Below, piece by piece: positions 35,102-35,920 of a stretch of DNA of 35,920 nt; within the stretch, counting starts at the first letter, position 1, and every line of letters starts with the position of its first letter. The notes beneath the pieces are model-generated. The model searched no databases, was not told the origin of the DNA, and worked only from the letters and a program-made list of their open reading frames with translations. A program made the translations under genes and the position numbers. This DNA comes from a virus. Taxonomy: Duplodnaviria > Caudoviricetes. The DNA is taken from positions 1-35,920 of the IMG/VR virus record IMGVR_UViG_3300038379_000092; one strand, given 5' to 3'.

Positions 35102-35199
35102 TTTGACCCCCTCTGCGGGCATCCTGCTTCGCTAGACAGCCAGTGCAGACGAGACTGTAAGGCGCACGACGGCCTTCCAGCTTAATGGCGTCGGTTTTT

Positions 35200-35841
35200 T
35201 TACGGCATTTGTCGCAACGAAGTTTCATCTGCTTTGTGCGGGCACGTCGCCCCGTAGCGAGTAGCAAAATTGCAATTCATACAGTAAACCGAGTAGAGTT
35301 TCCGGTCGAATCCCGATTTAATCACGTCCCCGTAGATCGTTGTGGCACCACGTCTCCTTGTGCCATTTCTACGGTGGAACTTCCCCCACTGGCCGACATG
35401 TTCGAGCGTGAGAAACGGGAGCGCGGCCTCGCCGCAGCACGCGCATCTCGCGCCCAACTGGGAGATCACATATTCCCTCATGCGAGATGCGCGGTTTTTC
35501 ATGCCGAATCGTGGGACCGTCGGCGGCGGTTTTTGGCCCTTTAACCGGGCCTTTAAAACGTAGGCCGCGTGCTTGGACCCCCCATACCCGGCCCCTCGGT
35601 AGGCGTCAAAAACGCTCCTCCCCAAACCCAACAGGCGAAGAAAGTCCGCCCCCCTATCTGATACATTTGCGACCTTGGCCGAGGGTTCTATATTTTTTTT
35701 AAAATTTGAGGCGTCATCTGGCGCTGAATCAGGTGTCACAAATGAACCCCTCTGTGATACATTTGATAGGCCATGTTCCCACATTCGCATCACCCCGGCC
35801 CCACCCCCCACCCTTTTCCATCCATTACCGTTGGCTACCAA
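35200..35841 (-). CDS. HNH-type endonuclease with TerS-like HTH N-terminus (true start probably downstream of 35841)
   Basis: CACCGE...LTLEHV...HRR...VYCMNCN...CPH, preceded by FDAYRGAGYGGSKHAAYVLKARL. Confidence 0.8.
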   Translation of the reverse strand: MVANGNGWKRVGGGAGVMRMWEHGLSNVSQRGSFVTPDSAPDDASNFKKNIEPSAKVANVSDRGADFLRLLGLGRSVFDAYRGAGYGGSKHAAYVLKARLKGQKPPPTVPRFGMKNRASRMREYVISQLGARCACCGEAALPFLTLEHVGQWGKFHRRNGTRRRGATTIYGDVIKSGFDRKLYSVYCMNCNFATRYGATCPHKADETSLRQMP

Positions 35842-35920
35842 CGAATATCGACCAGTGGTATCAAGTGCTATCTTTTACCGTTGAGTAGCGAAGACGGGGG
35901 ACTTGCACGGGGAAGACGGG

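Noticed and set aside
1-35920. Complete genome with terminal repeats, or alternative genetic code
   Set aside because: The two ends share no visible repeat and gene 1 is truncated; the conserved genes read intact in the standard code with TAA, TAG and TGA all used as stops.

Overview
This window is most of a tailed dsDNA phage genome with podovirus-like architecture, arranged as two converging arms. The + arm (1-13552) holds early, replication and nucleotide-metabolism genes: a non-coding RNA cluster with tRNA-like elements, a GH24 lysozyme, an Rnl2-type RNA ligase, a PD-(D/E)XK exonuclease, a primase-polymerase/helicase, a C5 methyltransferase-like protein, an NDT-like protein, a dATP/dGTP diphosphohydrolase-like protein, a family A DNA polymerase, a metallophosphoesterase, an HNH nuclease and an RNase H-like exonuclease. 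The - arm (35841-13605) holds packaging and virion genes: a TerS-HTH/HNH fusion, TerS, peptide deformylase, TerL, portal, scaffold, N4-gp56-type capsid, adaptor, tail/fibre proteins, ejection proteins, an XhlA-like membrane protein and a degenerate M23 protein. The arms meet at a terminator hairpin. No integrase, repressor, CRISPR array or terminal repeat was seen, and the first gene is cut by the window edge. The most notable observations are: (i) a ~400-nt cassette of structured RNAs with two CCA-ended tRNA-like elements and an anti-Shine-Dalgarno hairpin, near an RNA ligase; (ii) two endonuclease-type ORFs that each begin with a diverged copy of the N-terminus of the essential gene just downstream (TerS, DNA polymerase); (iii) a hairpin after the capsid gene whose loop can pair with the next gene's RBS; (iv) a covarying structured leader before a peptide deformylase placed between terS and terL. 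All calls come from motif reading by eye; no database search or folding program was run.
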